From positions 15,376,001 to 15,440,000 of the forward strand of contig NC_134478.1 in the NCBI RefSeq assembly GCF_964194025.1: a stretch of DNA of 64,000 bases, read 5' to 3'. The notes under the pieces were generated by a model. That model had not been told where the DNA came from. It was given only the letters and a program-made list of their open reading frames with translations, and made no database searches. The stretch comes from Convolutriloba macropyga. Its lineage: Eukaryota. The first letter of the stretch is position 1. Every line of letters begins with the position of its first letter. This document shows positions 1 to 13,446 of the stretch, piece by piece. A program made the translations under genes and the position numbers.

Positions 1-138
1 CTCGCCGGTTGTTTGAGAGCAACTCACCTGACGTTAGTCGGTTATGTTAGCAGTTGTATTAGTCCTGTCGGTCTTTTTTATGCAAGTTTCGCTTGACCGT
101 TTTTTGTCTGACCCATTTGACTTTTCCTCATCAAAAAC

Positions 139-372
139 GGGATTAAATAGGTAGCGCCCAGTGGTCATCAAATGCTCCTAGAGCTTTTCAGCTCTCTAGT
201 CCGCAAGTAAACGAGATAAATAGGTAGCGCCCAGTGGGCATCAAATGCTCCTAGAGGTTTTCAGCTCTCTAGTCCCCAAGAGTTCCTCCTCAGAAACAGG
301 ATAAATAGGTAGCGCCCAGTGGACATCAAATGCTCCTAGAGCTTTTCAGCTCTCGAGTCCCCAGCTCTCTAG
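139..372 (+). repeat. Three tandem copies of a ~75-85 bp unit, internal to a dispersed repeat family
   Basis: AAATAGGTAGCGCCCAGTGG..CATCAAATGCTCCTAGAG..TTTCAGCTCTC occurs three times here; single related copies lie at ~3615-3670 and ~4497-4552. Confidence 0.85.
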
Positions 373-1109
373 TAATTCTCCCCAGGTTAGTAGGTCATTT
401 TTATTCCGTCTTTCTTTTGTGCTATTTTTTGCTTGGTGGATTTTTCGTCGGACGCTGACTTTTCTTGTGACTTTTTCACATTTGATTTTTTTGGTCTTTG
501 CATAATTTAATTTGCGTTCAATCAAAATTTAAGCCGTTGATTCAATTCGTAGTAGTTAAATATTGACAGTCATATCAAGAGAGCGTGAAAGGTGGATTTA
601 TATTTGAAACGGTAGTCGGTCAACTCGTGGGCGGCAAGTTAACTATGTACATTCAGAACGGCCGCTTCTTTTCTACTAAGGCTCTAATGGGTGCTTCAAC
701 GAGGGGAGCCTGCTCATTGATCGCGCGCCTTGGAGGTAGAGTATGGAGCTACCGCAAAAAAGCTTAGCTAATTTTTGTCGTAATTTATGTGGTTACGTCA
801 GAGTAAGTACTTTTTCCCCAGCTGATTCTTTCTACCAACATATAAACGGTTGTCGGCTCTGCCTGAAGAGCTTAATATCGATGGACAGAAGAATGCCTCC
901 TCGACTTCAATTATTTTTTGTTTATTTAATTTTTTCTAATATATTTTTGAATCCTATGTTTTTAGGGCAACTATTAGCTAACAGTTATCGCACTTTCACA
1001 TCAAAAAACTTTGTAAAGCGTGAACCAAAAACGTTATGTTTTCATTTCTAATTCCAAGTATGCGATTCACACAAAAACTGTTTTAGAGACTTACATTTAT
1101 ATTGTGAAG

Positions 1110-1445
1110 GGACACACACATACACACCACACATTCATACATACGTACATACACACACGGGCACATGCACACACTCCGCGCACAGGCACACCACGCTCAC
1201 ACACCACGCACACACACACGCGCGCAAGCACACATGCGCACACACACTCACGCACACACGTACACTCNNNNNNNNNNNNNNNNNNNNNNNNNNNNNNNNN
1301 NNNNNNNNNNNNNNNNNNNNNNNNNNNNNNNNNNNNNNNNNNNNNNNNNNNNNNNNNNNNNNNNNNNNNNNNNNNNNNNNNNNNNNNNNNNNNNNNNNNN
1401 NNNNNNNNNNNNNNNNNTTGCACACACACATAACCACACCCACCA
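1110..1445. repeat. Degenerate (CA)n-rich microsatellite containing a 150-N assembly gap (1268-1417)
   Basis: CA/CG dinucleotide-rich tract on both sides of the N run. Confidence 0.95.
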
Positions 1446-3500
1446 GCTCCCTCTCACTTCACCCTCAATCTCCAGCCCTGCACATCGTTTAGGTCGTAAC
1501 GGCCCCGTGCAGCCAAAACCCCTCCCAACGTTGCACCTCCCCCCCCCCCCCCCCCCCCCCCTGTTGCCCCCCGCCGACTTGCCCGACCCCCCCCATCAGC
1601 ACCCCCGCTGCGCTCACCTCACGCCCTTTCAATTAAGCTTAAAGCTAGCCTCACTAAACCGTTGCTAGCTACTGACAAAGCCAATCGCCCGACGGTCGTT
1701 TGAGAGCAATTCGCCCTACGTTAGTCGGTTATGTTAATAGAACGTATTGTTAGTAATAACGAGCTCGATCTCTGTCTAGCATATACAAACCAAAATCAGG
1801 GTAGAAATATGTAGTAGTTTGTTTATAGAGGCCCCATCGTATCATTGACTTGAAGAAGTGTTGTAGTAGTTATTTGGGACCTCTTCTTTGTTTACCTTTT
1901 TCGCCTGTTGACTTTCATCTAACCGGATTTTCATCGAGGGAAACGGGATGAGCTGGTAAAGCCCAAATGCTGCAGGGCGCGATGCAGATGTGTAATTGTG
2001 TAAGATATTCTCAGTGTACTTTTTACCAAAATTTGTTTTTGCGGAGTTCAAATTGCTTTCATTTAGAAATTAATTCGCTAAACTGTAAGCCATTTTCAGC
2101 GAAGAACTCCAATATAGCGTAGTGGTTACCAGGGTAACATCCAGGACAGCCTCGAGCTCGTTCATGGGAACCTGTTGCACCTATAAACATTTCTCTAGGC
2201 TACACTCCCTCTGAATTAAATTGGCCCGCCTCTCGTTCGAGAGAAATTTGTCCGACTTAAGTCGATTTGGGTTTCTGTGTTATGTGTGAATATAAGTGGT
2301 TCAAATTGAACACAAATTCATTAAAATTTTAGTTTACCAAAATCTTGGGCATGCAATTGCAGTAAATTAGCTCACAAGTTTTTTAAAGGAATATCTCAAA
2401 CTTTGCGGTCGGGGACCATTTTTGTATTTCGGTGGACATTTTTTGGAGCAATAAATTAGGGCGAATGTCATCATTGTGTGATTTTGCGTACTACAGAAAA
2501 TAATTTAATCTCTTGCCAGCTTCATTAGTAATTTAGTATATCCTGGCAGCTAACCACGCTAGCAACCTATTTGAATCCTCTGGCTCTCCGAAAAATTACT
2601 TTTATGTGTTCGTTACATTTATTCAAAAAGTTGGAACTTTTGCTCAAACAAAAATGGCAGTATAAAATAGACTAGTGGCATGGGAGCGAAGTGGTGGTAG
2701 CAAAAGTCTACCTACCGTATTGTAGCATTTTTGCCGCCAAACCGTTGATTGATTGGTTTTTAACAAGTATTTCAAAAATCAACTGTCGGTGAACCAAATG
2801 GTCGGCCACTGTATAAATTGGCGACCACTATATTGGTATAGAAGATAAAAACGGAAAACTTTTGAAAGTTTATCCCCCATTGCTTGATATCTCTCGCTCC
2901 AAAAATCACTCCAAATTACTTTTCAAAGACTGCAGCAGCTTACCAGAGCAATTTATAACTATTTTTTTTCACGTTTTCCAAAAAAAATAAAATGGTTTTG
3001 TTTTCATTGATTTAATTTGTTTATTTAAGAGTCATTTTTAGTTTGTGTCTGCACAATTATATTTTTGATGTTGAAAAATTAATTTTAACTCTTTCCAAGA
3101 TTACAAAAACTAATTTATTTTTAAAAAAAGTTTGTATAGAGTTTTTGTTTTCCTGGTTTGGTACTACCAAAAAATCATTTTTATTCCTGTCTGGAAAGCG
3201 ATAAAATTGATTATCCGCACTGTACAAAAATATTTCATCGCCGGTTCTCTCAAGAAAATGCAAATATTGAAATCCCTGATTACTTTGGTTATATTTTAAT
3301 CTTCTGAGAGGATTTTTAATTAATTCTCACTTGAGAAATGAATTGTTTGAATATACTATACTGTTTATACTATACAATATTTTCTTGCTGATACTTCTGA
3401 AAAAAGCCCAAAAATAGCGTTTTTAAGCTTTTTGCAATTTTTTCACATTTTCTATCCAACCTAATCTGCATTTCTTCTCAATTCTGCCTATCTGTTGTTA

Positions 3501-3866
3501 ATTGCCCTCAAACGAAGTTTAGCAATTATATTAGTCCTGTCAGTCTTTTTTATGCGATTTTTCGTTTGACCGATTTTTCGTCTGACGAATTTGACTTTTC
3601 GTCCTCAAAAACGGTATAAACAGGTAGCGCCCAGCGGGCATTAATTGCTCTTCGAGCTTTTCAGCTCTGTTTCGGCTCAAACTGTTTTGGAGACTTATAC
3701 TTATGATGTGAAGGGTGGTTAACCCCCACTATTGCCTCCACCCCCCACCGCGCTGTTGCCCCCATCAGCCCCCGGTGTACCCCCCTCCCCCCCGTGGCTA
3801 GGTACTGACGAAGCCAGCCGCTCGCCGGTCGTTTGAGAGCAATTCTCCGGACGTTAGTCGGTTATG
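3501..3866 (+). mobile_element. Non-autonomous Helentron/DINE-1-like element (family D)
   Basis: Left ATTGCCCTCAAACGA (3501) is inverted to right TCGTTTGAGAGCAAT (3829-3843), followed by a GAC-GTTA-GTC hairpin and TTATG in a T-run; related right ends at ~11-46 and ~1697-1733. Confidence 0.6.
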
Positions 3867-6800
3867 TTTTTATTGCCGATTTTTTGCCAACCAACAATTT
3901 TCGACTTATTGTCTTGAGCCGCGGTATTAACGGATAAAACCCGTGAGCATTAAGCCACTGACCAGTTCTCTTTAGAGGCTCTCTAGTCTCTATGTGATTG
4001 ACCGAATCTTGAGGAAGAAAATTTGTGGTGTGAAGGGTGATTTATTTGACCCCCACACCCTTCAAACCACCAGGACCCGCCTCCACACTCAACCCCCTCA
4101 CCCCCAACTCACTGAATAAAAGATTAACGGTATAAAAGAAAATTGTTTGTTTTCGATACCCTCTATCTATCGTCTTTGCCCAGTGAAGATCAGCTCCCTA
4201 TGGGTAAAAAAATGACTACCCAAGTCAAACCCTCGACAGTCGCTTGAAAGCAATTCGTGCGACCTTATGTTATGTGAGAGATACCCAAGCTCGGAAATTT
4301 TGGACCATTTGGTGTATTGGTCTGAAGAATTGACTTGCGAGTAAGAAACGCCATTTTCACGGTTGTTGCATCTGCTTAGTTCCCCCATATGCCTTTTTCT
4401 ATTCTTTTTTTTTCTATTATTTTATGTCTTTTTTATGCCTTTTTTCGCTTGACCGATTTATCGTCTGACGCTTTTGAGTTTTCGTCCTCAAAAACAGGAT
4501 AAACAGGCAGCGCCCAGCGAGCATTAAGTGCTCTTAGAGCCTTTCAGCTCTGTTTCACCTCAAACTGTTTTGGAGACTTATAATTATGTTGTGAAGGGCG
4601 TTTTTTAGAGGTTGAAGACACCCCCACTGTTGACTCCCCCCACCCGCTAGACAAAAACCTCCTTAAGTGTTTGATAATAAGTTACTGAAAGGTTTTTATT
4701 GGCCACGGACTGGCTGTCGACTGTTAAATATCACAAAATTTAGCGATTTTTTGATAAAACTTTCATTTTTTTTAAAGTTTTTTGAAAATTTTGTTATTTT
4801 TTTGGTTTGTCCAGGCTCAAGATCCGCAGAGCCTCCTCTAGGGCTTGAACTAGGTTACTGTACAGTTTCAGATAACATTTCGTTGAAAAAAGCCTATTTG
4901 CTCGAGTATATACTCAGCAAATCTCTGTTTTACGCATTTATTTTACTCACATGCATTAAGATCAGGAAAGTAAGCGAGCGCGAAAAAGTGCGACAGGTTC
5001 GAACTTTTGGTATATAGTTCGCTAGTTTTCGCGTTTTACAGTGTGCGAAAACTAGCGACAAGTCTAAAGAAGTCTAATCCTTTGATCTCGTCGCTGATTC
5101 GTATCTAGTCCTTTGATTTTGGGAGATTAGTTGCCAATTTTTGCTATGCTATTGTCGCTAAAATTCTCTGCCGGAATTAGCGACAAAGTAACGGCAATTT
5201 AGTCGGTGATTTCGGATTGTCGCTGATTCCGGCAGTTTTGCTAAAATACGAAAAACCAACTGAATGAACAAAAAATCATAACCAAGTAAAATTTAAAACA
5301 TATTCCTTGCTCATGTATTCGTATAGCAAAAAGATAATACTTACCCTTGAGGCAAAGGGAAAGGGTTTGGAGGTGAAAAATTTGTATTGTTAAGGATGCG
5401 GGGAGGGGAATATGTTATATATGGGGGGGGGGGGGGTGGAGCGTAAGTAAATCGGGTTGAAAAGAAAAGGCAACAGCTTCGCAATTATCGGAAAAATTGT
5501 CTTGTTTTCAGATCAACCTCACAGGTGGGGTGGAAGTGGACACCGTCTTGGAGGCAATTAAGGTCAGCGTACCCTCGAGAATAGATGCCAACTATGTATT
5601 ATTTCAATTATTTGAAAAGTTCAGGGCCTTGAACGAACGTTGTGAAAAGATAAAGGCCTATTGGGTGTGGATATGTATGATCATATAAGGTGCCTTAATG
5701 GCTTAAAACGGTGTTTGTGGACTTCGTGTTATGAATTAAGTGCAAAGATTTCAACGTCTAATCGATGTAGTTCTGCAGTTATGGATGTAAATTAGATTTC
5801 TTTTGGTTGAGTGTGAAAACGTGGCAAAATGTATTTACGCTAACTGTAGGCTAAATTTGATTTTGTTAATCTGTTATTTTTAAAAGATGGTCCAAATTTA
5901 TTTGCGCTTACTCTATGCCATTATATGCTTACTCAATAAAAAAAACAACAAACAACGCTTATAATAAGTATTGCTGATATTTATGTATGCCACGTTTTTA
6001 CTGTAAGTACGACTTTACTTTCGGACGTGATTGATGTTTGACCTACATCTTTAGTACTACTGTATGTAAAGTTTTGATCATTATGAATTTGTATTGAACG
6101 AATTCCGTTATCTAAAGTTCAATTATATCTTCCTTGGGTGTCTCCCTGATAAATATGTTAAAGTGTGTAGTTTTAAATTCTAAATGTCTATTAAATTAAA
6201 AATTTATTGATGTCTTTTTGATGTGAAAGGAACGCAATCCCGTATGAACATCGTCTGAAGCTGTACCGCCATAACTCATTGGTGAAATTTGAATATTTGG
6301 TGAATTTTGCAACATGTTTGTTGATTCCCAACCTGAAGAAAAATTGTTCCAAAAGCTGAAGCAGCTGTGATATTTTTGGCCATTAAATTGTTACAGTTAA
6401 TCTGCGTTCGGAATTTTTCAAAAAATATTAAGCTTCTTATTCGTGACCGCTTTGCTGTGAAATGAAGCCTTTTAAAATTTTCCGCTTTACTCTCGTGCGA
6501 ATGTGGTGGAATTTTAAATCTGTTCAGAATGTAATAAATTGATCTCAAACAAAGTTTTGGTAATTTTTTGGAGTTTGCGCGAACCAAAGGTCATTATTGC
6601 TTTCTATCGTCTTTTTTTTCAATGACTCAAAGAAAGAAGAGTTGTGAAACATGATGAAAAATCTGATACCGCAAGTGAAAACAAAATTCAGTCTATTGAA
6701 TAACATATACAGAGTGGTTTTTGTCACGCATTTCTTGAGAGAGCGCGAGAAAAGTTGGATCTATAACGCATCGTGGGAAACGTGAAGCAATTCAAACATT

Positions 6801-7082
6801 TGTGGTTTCAACTTCGGGCTTTTTTCTGGGCATCGCGGTTTTTTGTAACTCATGGTGAGAGGTAATTATGTTTGAGAGCGCTTTTGACTATTTAAAACCT
6901 TTGTAGTGTTTTAGATGCAAAATAGGGCGTTTTTTGGCATTTTGCGATTTTAGACGTTGTTTAGTGGTCTTCCTACTCTTCTTCGCGTTGTATTCGACAA
7001 TATGAGGTCCTAATTACTTTTCGTCAGTTTTCTCAATAGCCGGGACAGTTTTTTTGCTCTGTCTTTTTTACTGTTTTGTTTT

Positions 7083-7866
7083 CAACCTCTCAACGGCTAT
7101 TATTTAGGCGCTCTCCTTTTTTTACAATTCAAAGAATTTGAATTGTATTGGGGCGCTGTCTTTTTTATTACAATTCAAAGAACTTGAATTGTATTGGGGC
7201 GCTGTCTTTTTTGAGATCTGTTCACACATTTTCGTGAACCAAATTTCTTTTTCTCGCTGGTGGTTTTTTTGTTCTAATGCGGCATTTTGACATTGATTTT
7301 CAGTTTTATATTTAAAATTTTCGATTGAGAGTCCGTTCTAGGTCTATTTTTTTGTTTAGTTAATGGAAATTTTTTGAATTTACGTCAGGACTGGTCCTGC
7401 TATGTTTTTTAATTCGCTTTACCTTTTGATCACGTTTTTCGTTTTACATAAGTTACGATTATCACGGCTGACTTCGGACTTACCTCAATCACTATTTCAA
7501 CTGAATGGATTTTAAATTCTTCCACGCATTGAGTTACGCAATGTGGTGAATACTGTCAAAGTCAGAAGAGCAGAATTAAAAGAGACGTGATAAACCGAAA
7601 AAGCCCGGCCCGGTCATTAAGTCATTGAGAATTAGGTTATCAAAGTTTCGTAGTGTTTGCTTGCTGACATTGGTATTAAGTTTATTAGCTTTCAGATTAG
7701 AAGCTGAATTAAATATAGTACTAGAATCTAACTGAAACTGCACGCCAAATTAAAACAGTTTTCGACACTGAAAAAAAAAACAGAAAAAACCGGTTAATTT
7801 GTCCTTTTTTTGTTGCAATCCTGATGTGCATCAAGCGCGTCAACGGCGGATATTTTTCGGCTATGT
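7083..7866 (+). mobile_element. Nested Helentron-like repeats (family C containing family B at 7122-7404); paralogous to 38161-40425 but without the innermost insertion
   Basis: Colinear with 38172-38255 and 39333-40425; TACAATTCAA left end, TTGAATTTAC + CAGGAC-TG-GTCCTG hairpin + CTATG right end; outer right end ACGGCGGATAT...CGGCTATG. Confidence 0.65.
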
Positions 7867-9099
7867 TTGTCTTTTTCTATTTTTGTTTATAATTACCGAT
7901 TAATATAAGTGAATTTGTTTTTTATTTCCGAATTTTTTTAACATCTTTTATTCTTTATCCTCTTCAAAATTGTTTTGTTTGTGCAATTGTTTATGTAAAA
8001 GTATTCTAAGGATTCTTATTCTTATTACAGATTGTTAATTATTTGAGCCACACCCTAGTTTTTCAATGTCAAGTGAAACTTTTGACGCAATTTTACTCCA
8101 ACTTTTGATCAGATTTTAAAAACCATTGGCAGCTTACACTAGGCTCTGGCCTTCCTTATAAAATGAGATTATAAAAAAATGGTAAGTGAGCTGATGTTTC
8201 AGTGAAAAGTTGATGAAAATCCATGTTGTAGTCAGTGATCAACAAATATGAGCCTTATCTCACCTTTAGACAGCTTTCTTTTTACGAGTTTATCAACTTT
8301 GCGTTGGGGTATCCTTATAGTTATCTCAATTAGTTTGATATACCAGAGAACTAGCCTAGGAGACCAACGTCTTAGTAGTATGGCGTCAAAGGAAGCTCGT
8401 TTACTTCGTAAACCGATAAGGTGGTAACCTACTTTTGACGTTCAGTTTATATTCAAGAACTAATATTGAGGTTTGAATGATGGGGGTTTAAATCATAATT
8501 GGCCATTATTCATAATGATAACTTGCACTGTATCTTTTGGTTGGAATTGATGTCAATCATGTAGACGATCAATAAAAAGGAGAACATTTTATTATATACA
8601 ATGAAATAAAAGAGTGTATAGGTTGACAAATAAAAGCCTTCATTTTTCAAATTTAAATTTTTTTCTTGAAGATGAAGTCACTTTTGCTATAATTGAGTTC
8701 CTTGAACATAAATGAAAGAAGAATCGCTTGAAGATTTCCTTAGTTTTATGGCAATTTTGCCATTTTTAAGATTTTGGGAATATTCATGGATTGCTAACCT
8801 TTTGAACATGAAATTTCCCAAATATTTTGATTTTCGTATGCTACAAAGAACCTTCTTTGACCGTTCTTTTATTTTTGATGCAGCATATTCTAAAATTTAT
8901 GTGCTGGGAGTTTTCTCGCAATTATTTTCCAAAATAAGAAAACTAAAAAAAAACTAATATCCTGTCTAAATGTCTGATAGGCAATATTTTGTGTTTTAGA
9001 TCCAGAAAACTATCGGATTTTTTTGTACGGTCCAATCTTATTCTTTTTCGAGTAAAGTTATCAGATTGTTGTTGATTAGTTTCAAGAAAACTACATAGT

Positions 9100-10230
9100 A
9101 ATGAATGCGACTAATGACAAAGGCATTTGGAGTTAAGAGTGTTAATTGTTTGGTTGTACCTCCAGTGTGGATTAAAGGGCTTCATATTATATTCCATTTT
9201 ATATAGATTGTGTTGACTTCATCTTTATCTGTTAAAAGTGATTCGATATGTACCCTAAGTATTTGTACCATTCGAACATTTTCCGAAAGTTTCAGATTTT
9301 CTATCAAAAAAGGAACTGTTTTCGAGGGGTTTAAAATTAGACTGTAATTTGCAAGAACAGAGTTCAAGGTTTTTCCAATGCTTCGTTTGCCTCTATCAAA
9401 GCATGTCTGGATGAAAAATAGGAGTATCGTCTAGATATTCCACTAATTGACAATTTTTTTAAATCTGAGATCATTTATATAAAAATTTTAAAAATTGGCC
9501 TAAAATCCAATCCGATTCAATGCCGCCAGCCTTTGTTTTCTGAAGACATTCGGACAAGTAGTGAGGTATCAATATTTAGGGGCTGGGGTTGATTCCTGTT
9601 TCTTCAAGCTTTGATGTTAAAATGTTGTGATTAAATGAGTCGAATGCTTTAGATTGATCTCGTAGTGCTCTTATTGTGCATTTGTTTTGTTAAATAAGAA
9701 ATCTTTTGTTTTCAGTGCTAACTATTACAGCCTCCATTGTGAATTTTTCGATCGAAAACCAGACTCAGTTTTTGAGAGGATATTGTTTTCCAATAAAATT
9801 TCATTTTATGAGCAAATTTCTATTTGATCTCGATGTAATCTTGCAAAAGCTTTGGGAAGTGAAATAGTTATTGACATAGCGTTGTATTTTTCAGGGAAAG
9901 GCGAGCCCCTTTTTTGTATGGCGGTACAATAATGGCTTTCTGTACCAAAGTAATTACCTAGTTCAGAGAAACGATTATTTAACAAATTAAAGATAATTTT
10001 AACAAGTTTGAAGGTAATTTAACAAAAGTGCGCAAAAGTGCAAATATAACAAAAGTTTGATCTGCTCAGAAATCATAAGTGTTAAAAGAAGCAGTTTTCA
10101 AACTCTTAAAAATCTAAAGGGTCACAATAAAAAAGTACAATTATATTCTTTGCTCTGGAAAACATATGCTATGCTTTTTGTTTTTCTTAATATTGGTTTC
10201 CAATAAACACAAACTGGAGGTTTCATTAAA
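9100..10230 (-). mobile_element. Highly decayed non-LTR (LINE) reverse transcriptase fragment
   Basis: Minus-strand remnants: QGS-like motif (~9590), YLDDT (~9430), N-x-L-x-LNPSKT and a (LG)VHI..LL-like motif in ORF 9182-9367. Confidence 0.6.
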
Positions 10231-10332
10231 CTTAGTTTTCATAGAAAAATTGTTGATCTTTTTTCTCATTACATCTTCAAATGAAAAAGCAGAAAGCAGA
10301 CGGAATCCTATTTTCAGAGGCGATTAATTAAA

Positions 10333-10516
10333 ATGATGGAAAATATGACACCGCCTAATGAGGACAAACCAGGTAAGAAACGGAAGACTGATGATGCACA
10401 AGATGAAGCTCCAAGTGCTACCAAGGGGAAGTTCCAGAAAAGCATCCAGAATAGCTTTGGCTTCAAAAATTCTTCAGACGTTTCCAGTGCTAGCAATATA
10501 ACAGATTTACTAACAA
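10333..10516 (+). CDS. HPF1: HPF1 (histone PARylation factor 1) coding exon 1
   Basis: ATG 10333, basic KKRK motif; donor GTGAGT at 10517 in phase 1 joins in frame to 10878 (A+GG=Arg); the true start is uncertain (possible acceptor at 10316-10317). Confidence 0.75.
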
Positions 10517-10877
10517 GTGAGTATAAAGTCTTCCTTGATTTGGCTTAAGACGTATTTTAAGGTTTATTCATTCAAATGAGCTCCTGTTTAATGCGATGTG
10601 GTCTCTCAATTAAGGATAAGTGTAGTTAATTAAGGTTGGACATGATATAGATTAATCTGCATAAAACAGATGAGCTAATTTTTTATTGATAAATATCAAC
10701 ATTGGATTTTGAGTGAGTCGATTACTCACTCAATACTTTTCAGTCACAAAACTTTGTGACTTCAATATCATTACAATACTCAATAACTCGATTTAGAGGA
10801 CTGTTATGAAAATTTTGCTCGGATTTGATTTGGATTGATGACGAATGTCAATTTAAAATTGGATGCAACGATTTTAG

Positions 10878-11058
10878 GGGTCAGCAGCGTATACAGAATG
10901 GAGTTTCCGCATGATTTTTCTCTACTTTGGAGATTTTGTGTGCAGATCTGTCCTTCGTGTCCTAAGAAAGCTCTGCTAGACCCGTTGGGAGTTTCACTAT
11001 GCGGACCATACGACATCTTGAGTGGCAAAGAGATTTCGGAACCTTTTCTACATTGCAG
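10878..11058 (+). CDS. HPF1: HPF1 coding exon 2
   Basis: YRMEFPHDFSLLWRFC...LGVSLCGPYDILSGK...LHCR matches the HPF1 pattern LPEDFYHFWKFC..LVGPYDILAGK..LHWR; acceptor TTTTAG 10877, donor GTTAGT 11059 in phase 2. Confidence 0.92.
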
Positions 11059-11134
11059 GTTAGTAGATAAAATATAGCACATTGTTTTTCCGTCTAAAAA
11101 TTTGCACATTCTTAAGATTTTAGACTCCTAGTTT

Positions 11135-12690
11135 TTGCAATTAAATTGCCTGATAAATGTTTGATTCTGTTGATTAAATATTTTCTTGGTTAACTATTGC
11201 TTGCCGAAAAGTTGGCTGATTTTGCAGTGCAACGTTTTTAGAGTTGTCCTCATTTGTATTTCAGCCCATGTCTAGTATGATTTTACCTTGCTAACTTCCT
11301 TGCTCTGAGCTGCCTCAATTTTATTGTCAATCGAGGTTCAATCTTTTTCAAATTTATTTGATGATTGATGCTTAACGCATTTAGCGATACTAACGATCAG
11401 AAGCTTTAAACTTTTTCGTAATTTCGTTTTTTGTTAATCCAGTTAGGTTTTCAAGTTAGTTTGTTTATCTGTTGTTAATATTTTATTACGCCTCAGCCAA
11501 GTAACTTTTTTGCAGTTGTAGGATATATGGCGATTATAAAATTGTTTTTACGTGAAGTAAATGAAAGAAAAAATAAAAGCGCAAGTGATGAGGTTTGTTC
11601 ACTGTGATATCCTTGGATATCAAGTAGTCCTGAAAAGGATTGTTTTGATGATCATAGAGTTAATAAACATTTGGTTGTTTTAAGTTACATTTCTTAACCG
11701 GTACATTTAAATTATAAAATTATATTTGTTGTTAAATTTACTATGCTGTAAAACTATTGTACTCAATGCCCATATATGCTTCTGTTGAATCCGGATAAAT
11801 GTTTATTGAATGCACATAACAAAAGTAACTCACTGAAAGCTATTAATTTATAAGAGAGAGAGAGAGAATAAAGTCTTGAGAACAGTTGGTTGTTTTAAAG
11901 AGAAGAAAACCGTTGCAATTAAATTGCCTGATAAATGTTTGATTCTGTTGATTAAATATTTTCTTGGTTAACTATTGCTTGCCGAAAAGTTGGCTGATTT
12001 TGCAGTGCAACGTTTTTAGAGTTGTCTCATTTGTATTTCAGCCCATGTCTAGTATGATTTTACCTTGCTAACTTCCTTGCTCTGAGCTGCCTCAATTTTA
12101 TTGTCAATCGAGGTTCAATCTTTTTCAAATTTATTTGATGATTGTTGCTTAACGCATTTAGCGATACTAACGATCAGAAGCTTTAAACTTTTTCGTAATT
12201 TCGTTTTTTGTTAATCCACTTATGTTTTCAAGTTAGTTTATTTATCTGTTGTTAATATTTTATTACGCCTCAGCCAAGTAACTTTTTTTGCAGTTGTAGG
12301 ATATATGGCGATTATAAAATTGTTTTTACGTGAAGTAAATGAAAGAAAAAATAAAAGCGCAAGTGATGAGGTTTGTTCACTGTGATATCCTTGGATATCA
12401 AGTAGTCCTGAAAAGGATTGTTTTGATGATCATAGAGTTAATAAACATTTGGTTGTTTCAAGTTACATTTCTTAACCGGTACATTTAAATTATAAAATTA
12501 TATTTGTTGTTAAATTTACTATGCTGTAAAACTATTGTACTCAATGCCCATATATGCTTCTGTTGAATCCGGATAAATATTTAATGAATGCACATAACAA
12601 AAGTAACTTACTGAAAGCTATTAATTTATAAGAGAGAGAGAGAGAATAAAGTCATGAGAACAGTTGGTTGTTTTAAAGAGAAGAAAACCG
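11135..12690 (+). repeat. 778-bp tandem duplication (11135-11912 / 11913-12690) of intron DNA plus the first ~310 bp of the 5' LTR
   Basis: TTGCAATTAAATTGCC at 11135 and 11913; LTR start at 11603 and 12381 (offset 778); scattered substitutions between the copies. Confidence 0.95.
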
Positions 12691-12750
12691 TGATCCACCA
12701 CTCCGAAGAGCTTTAAGAGCTCAGGCTGAAAGTTAGACAAGATTATTAGT
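12381..12750 (+). repeat. 5' LTR (370 bp)
   Basis: TGTGATATCC...GATTATTAGT; about 12 substitutions and 2 small indels versus the 3' LTR by manual count; TATA-like TTTATAAG and AATAAA (12645). Confidence 0.95.
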
Positions 12751-12763
12751 TGGTGACAGAAGT
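12751..12763 (+). promoter_or_regulatory. Primer-binding site, probably tRNA-Leu
   Basis: TGGTGACAGAAGT directly after the LTR; 12/13 match to TGGTGTCAGAAGT, recalled as the complement of the tRNA-Leu(CAA) 3' end. Confidence 0.7.
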
Positions 12764-13446
12764 AAAACGGTTGATCTTACCTTCCATTGAAACTTTAAAC
12801 TTCTGATCTTTTATTTCTCATTATTTCGGCCAAAGTCAAATTGTCATCATCGCTTTCATCAGAGAGCTAAAAATTCATTCAAATTATTAACAAGCCATGC
12901 AAGTCATGCAAATTAATATTTTCAAAAGCTAATTGTTGAAAAGATTGAAAAAACACTTGTTGGATAACTTGCAATTTGTATTATTTGTTGCTGTGGAAAT
13001 TCGTTATTGAGAATTATTAAGAACGATTTTTATTGAAAACGGCTCTTACTATAAACACGGATCATCAACAGACGACAACCATAAACAGGCACAAAATGAG
13101 AAGAGGCCACACAATAAAACAACCGGATTTGGGAAGAAAGGAAGAAAACAGTTGGCTAAGAACTGCAAAGGGCTGAGAACTACAGAGAACAGCCAGAAAC
13201 GGACTTCAAAAGCTAGTAAGTTTACAATGTAGTAAAACCAATTATCTCAGTGTAGTTTATATATGTCATCAAGTGCTTTCACTGTCAATCTATCCATAGC
13301 TAATCACTCCGTGCTGTCAGTGCTTAACTAGTCATCTTTTGAAACATTTAAAAGGGTTTTTGATAGGCGCATACAAGTAAAATACCGACTCTCTCCTCCT
13401 TATTTATTAGGATAAAAGTTAAAGAAAATATAATTTAACAAAACGC

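Noticed and set aside
139-372. CRISPR-like repeat-spacer appearance
   Set aside because: Eukaryotic context, long degenerate units, no unique regular spacers and no cas genes
1020-1668. His/Thr- and Cys/Val-rich ORFs
   Set aside because: Translations of the CA microsatellite, N gap and C-runs
5497-6270. DGVHF (SGNH esterase-like) motif on the minus strand, possibly a LINE ORF1 remnant
   Set aside because: Single short motif with no supporting frame
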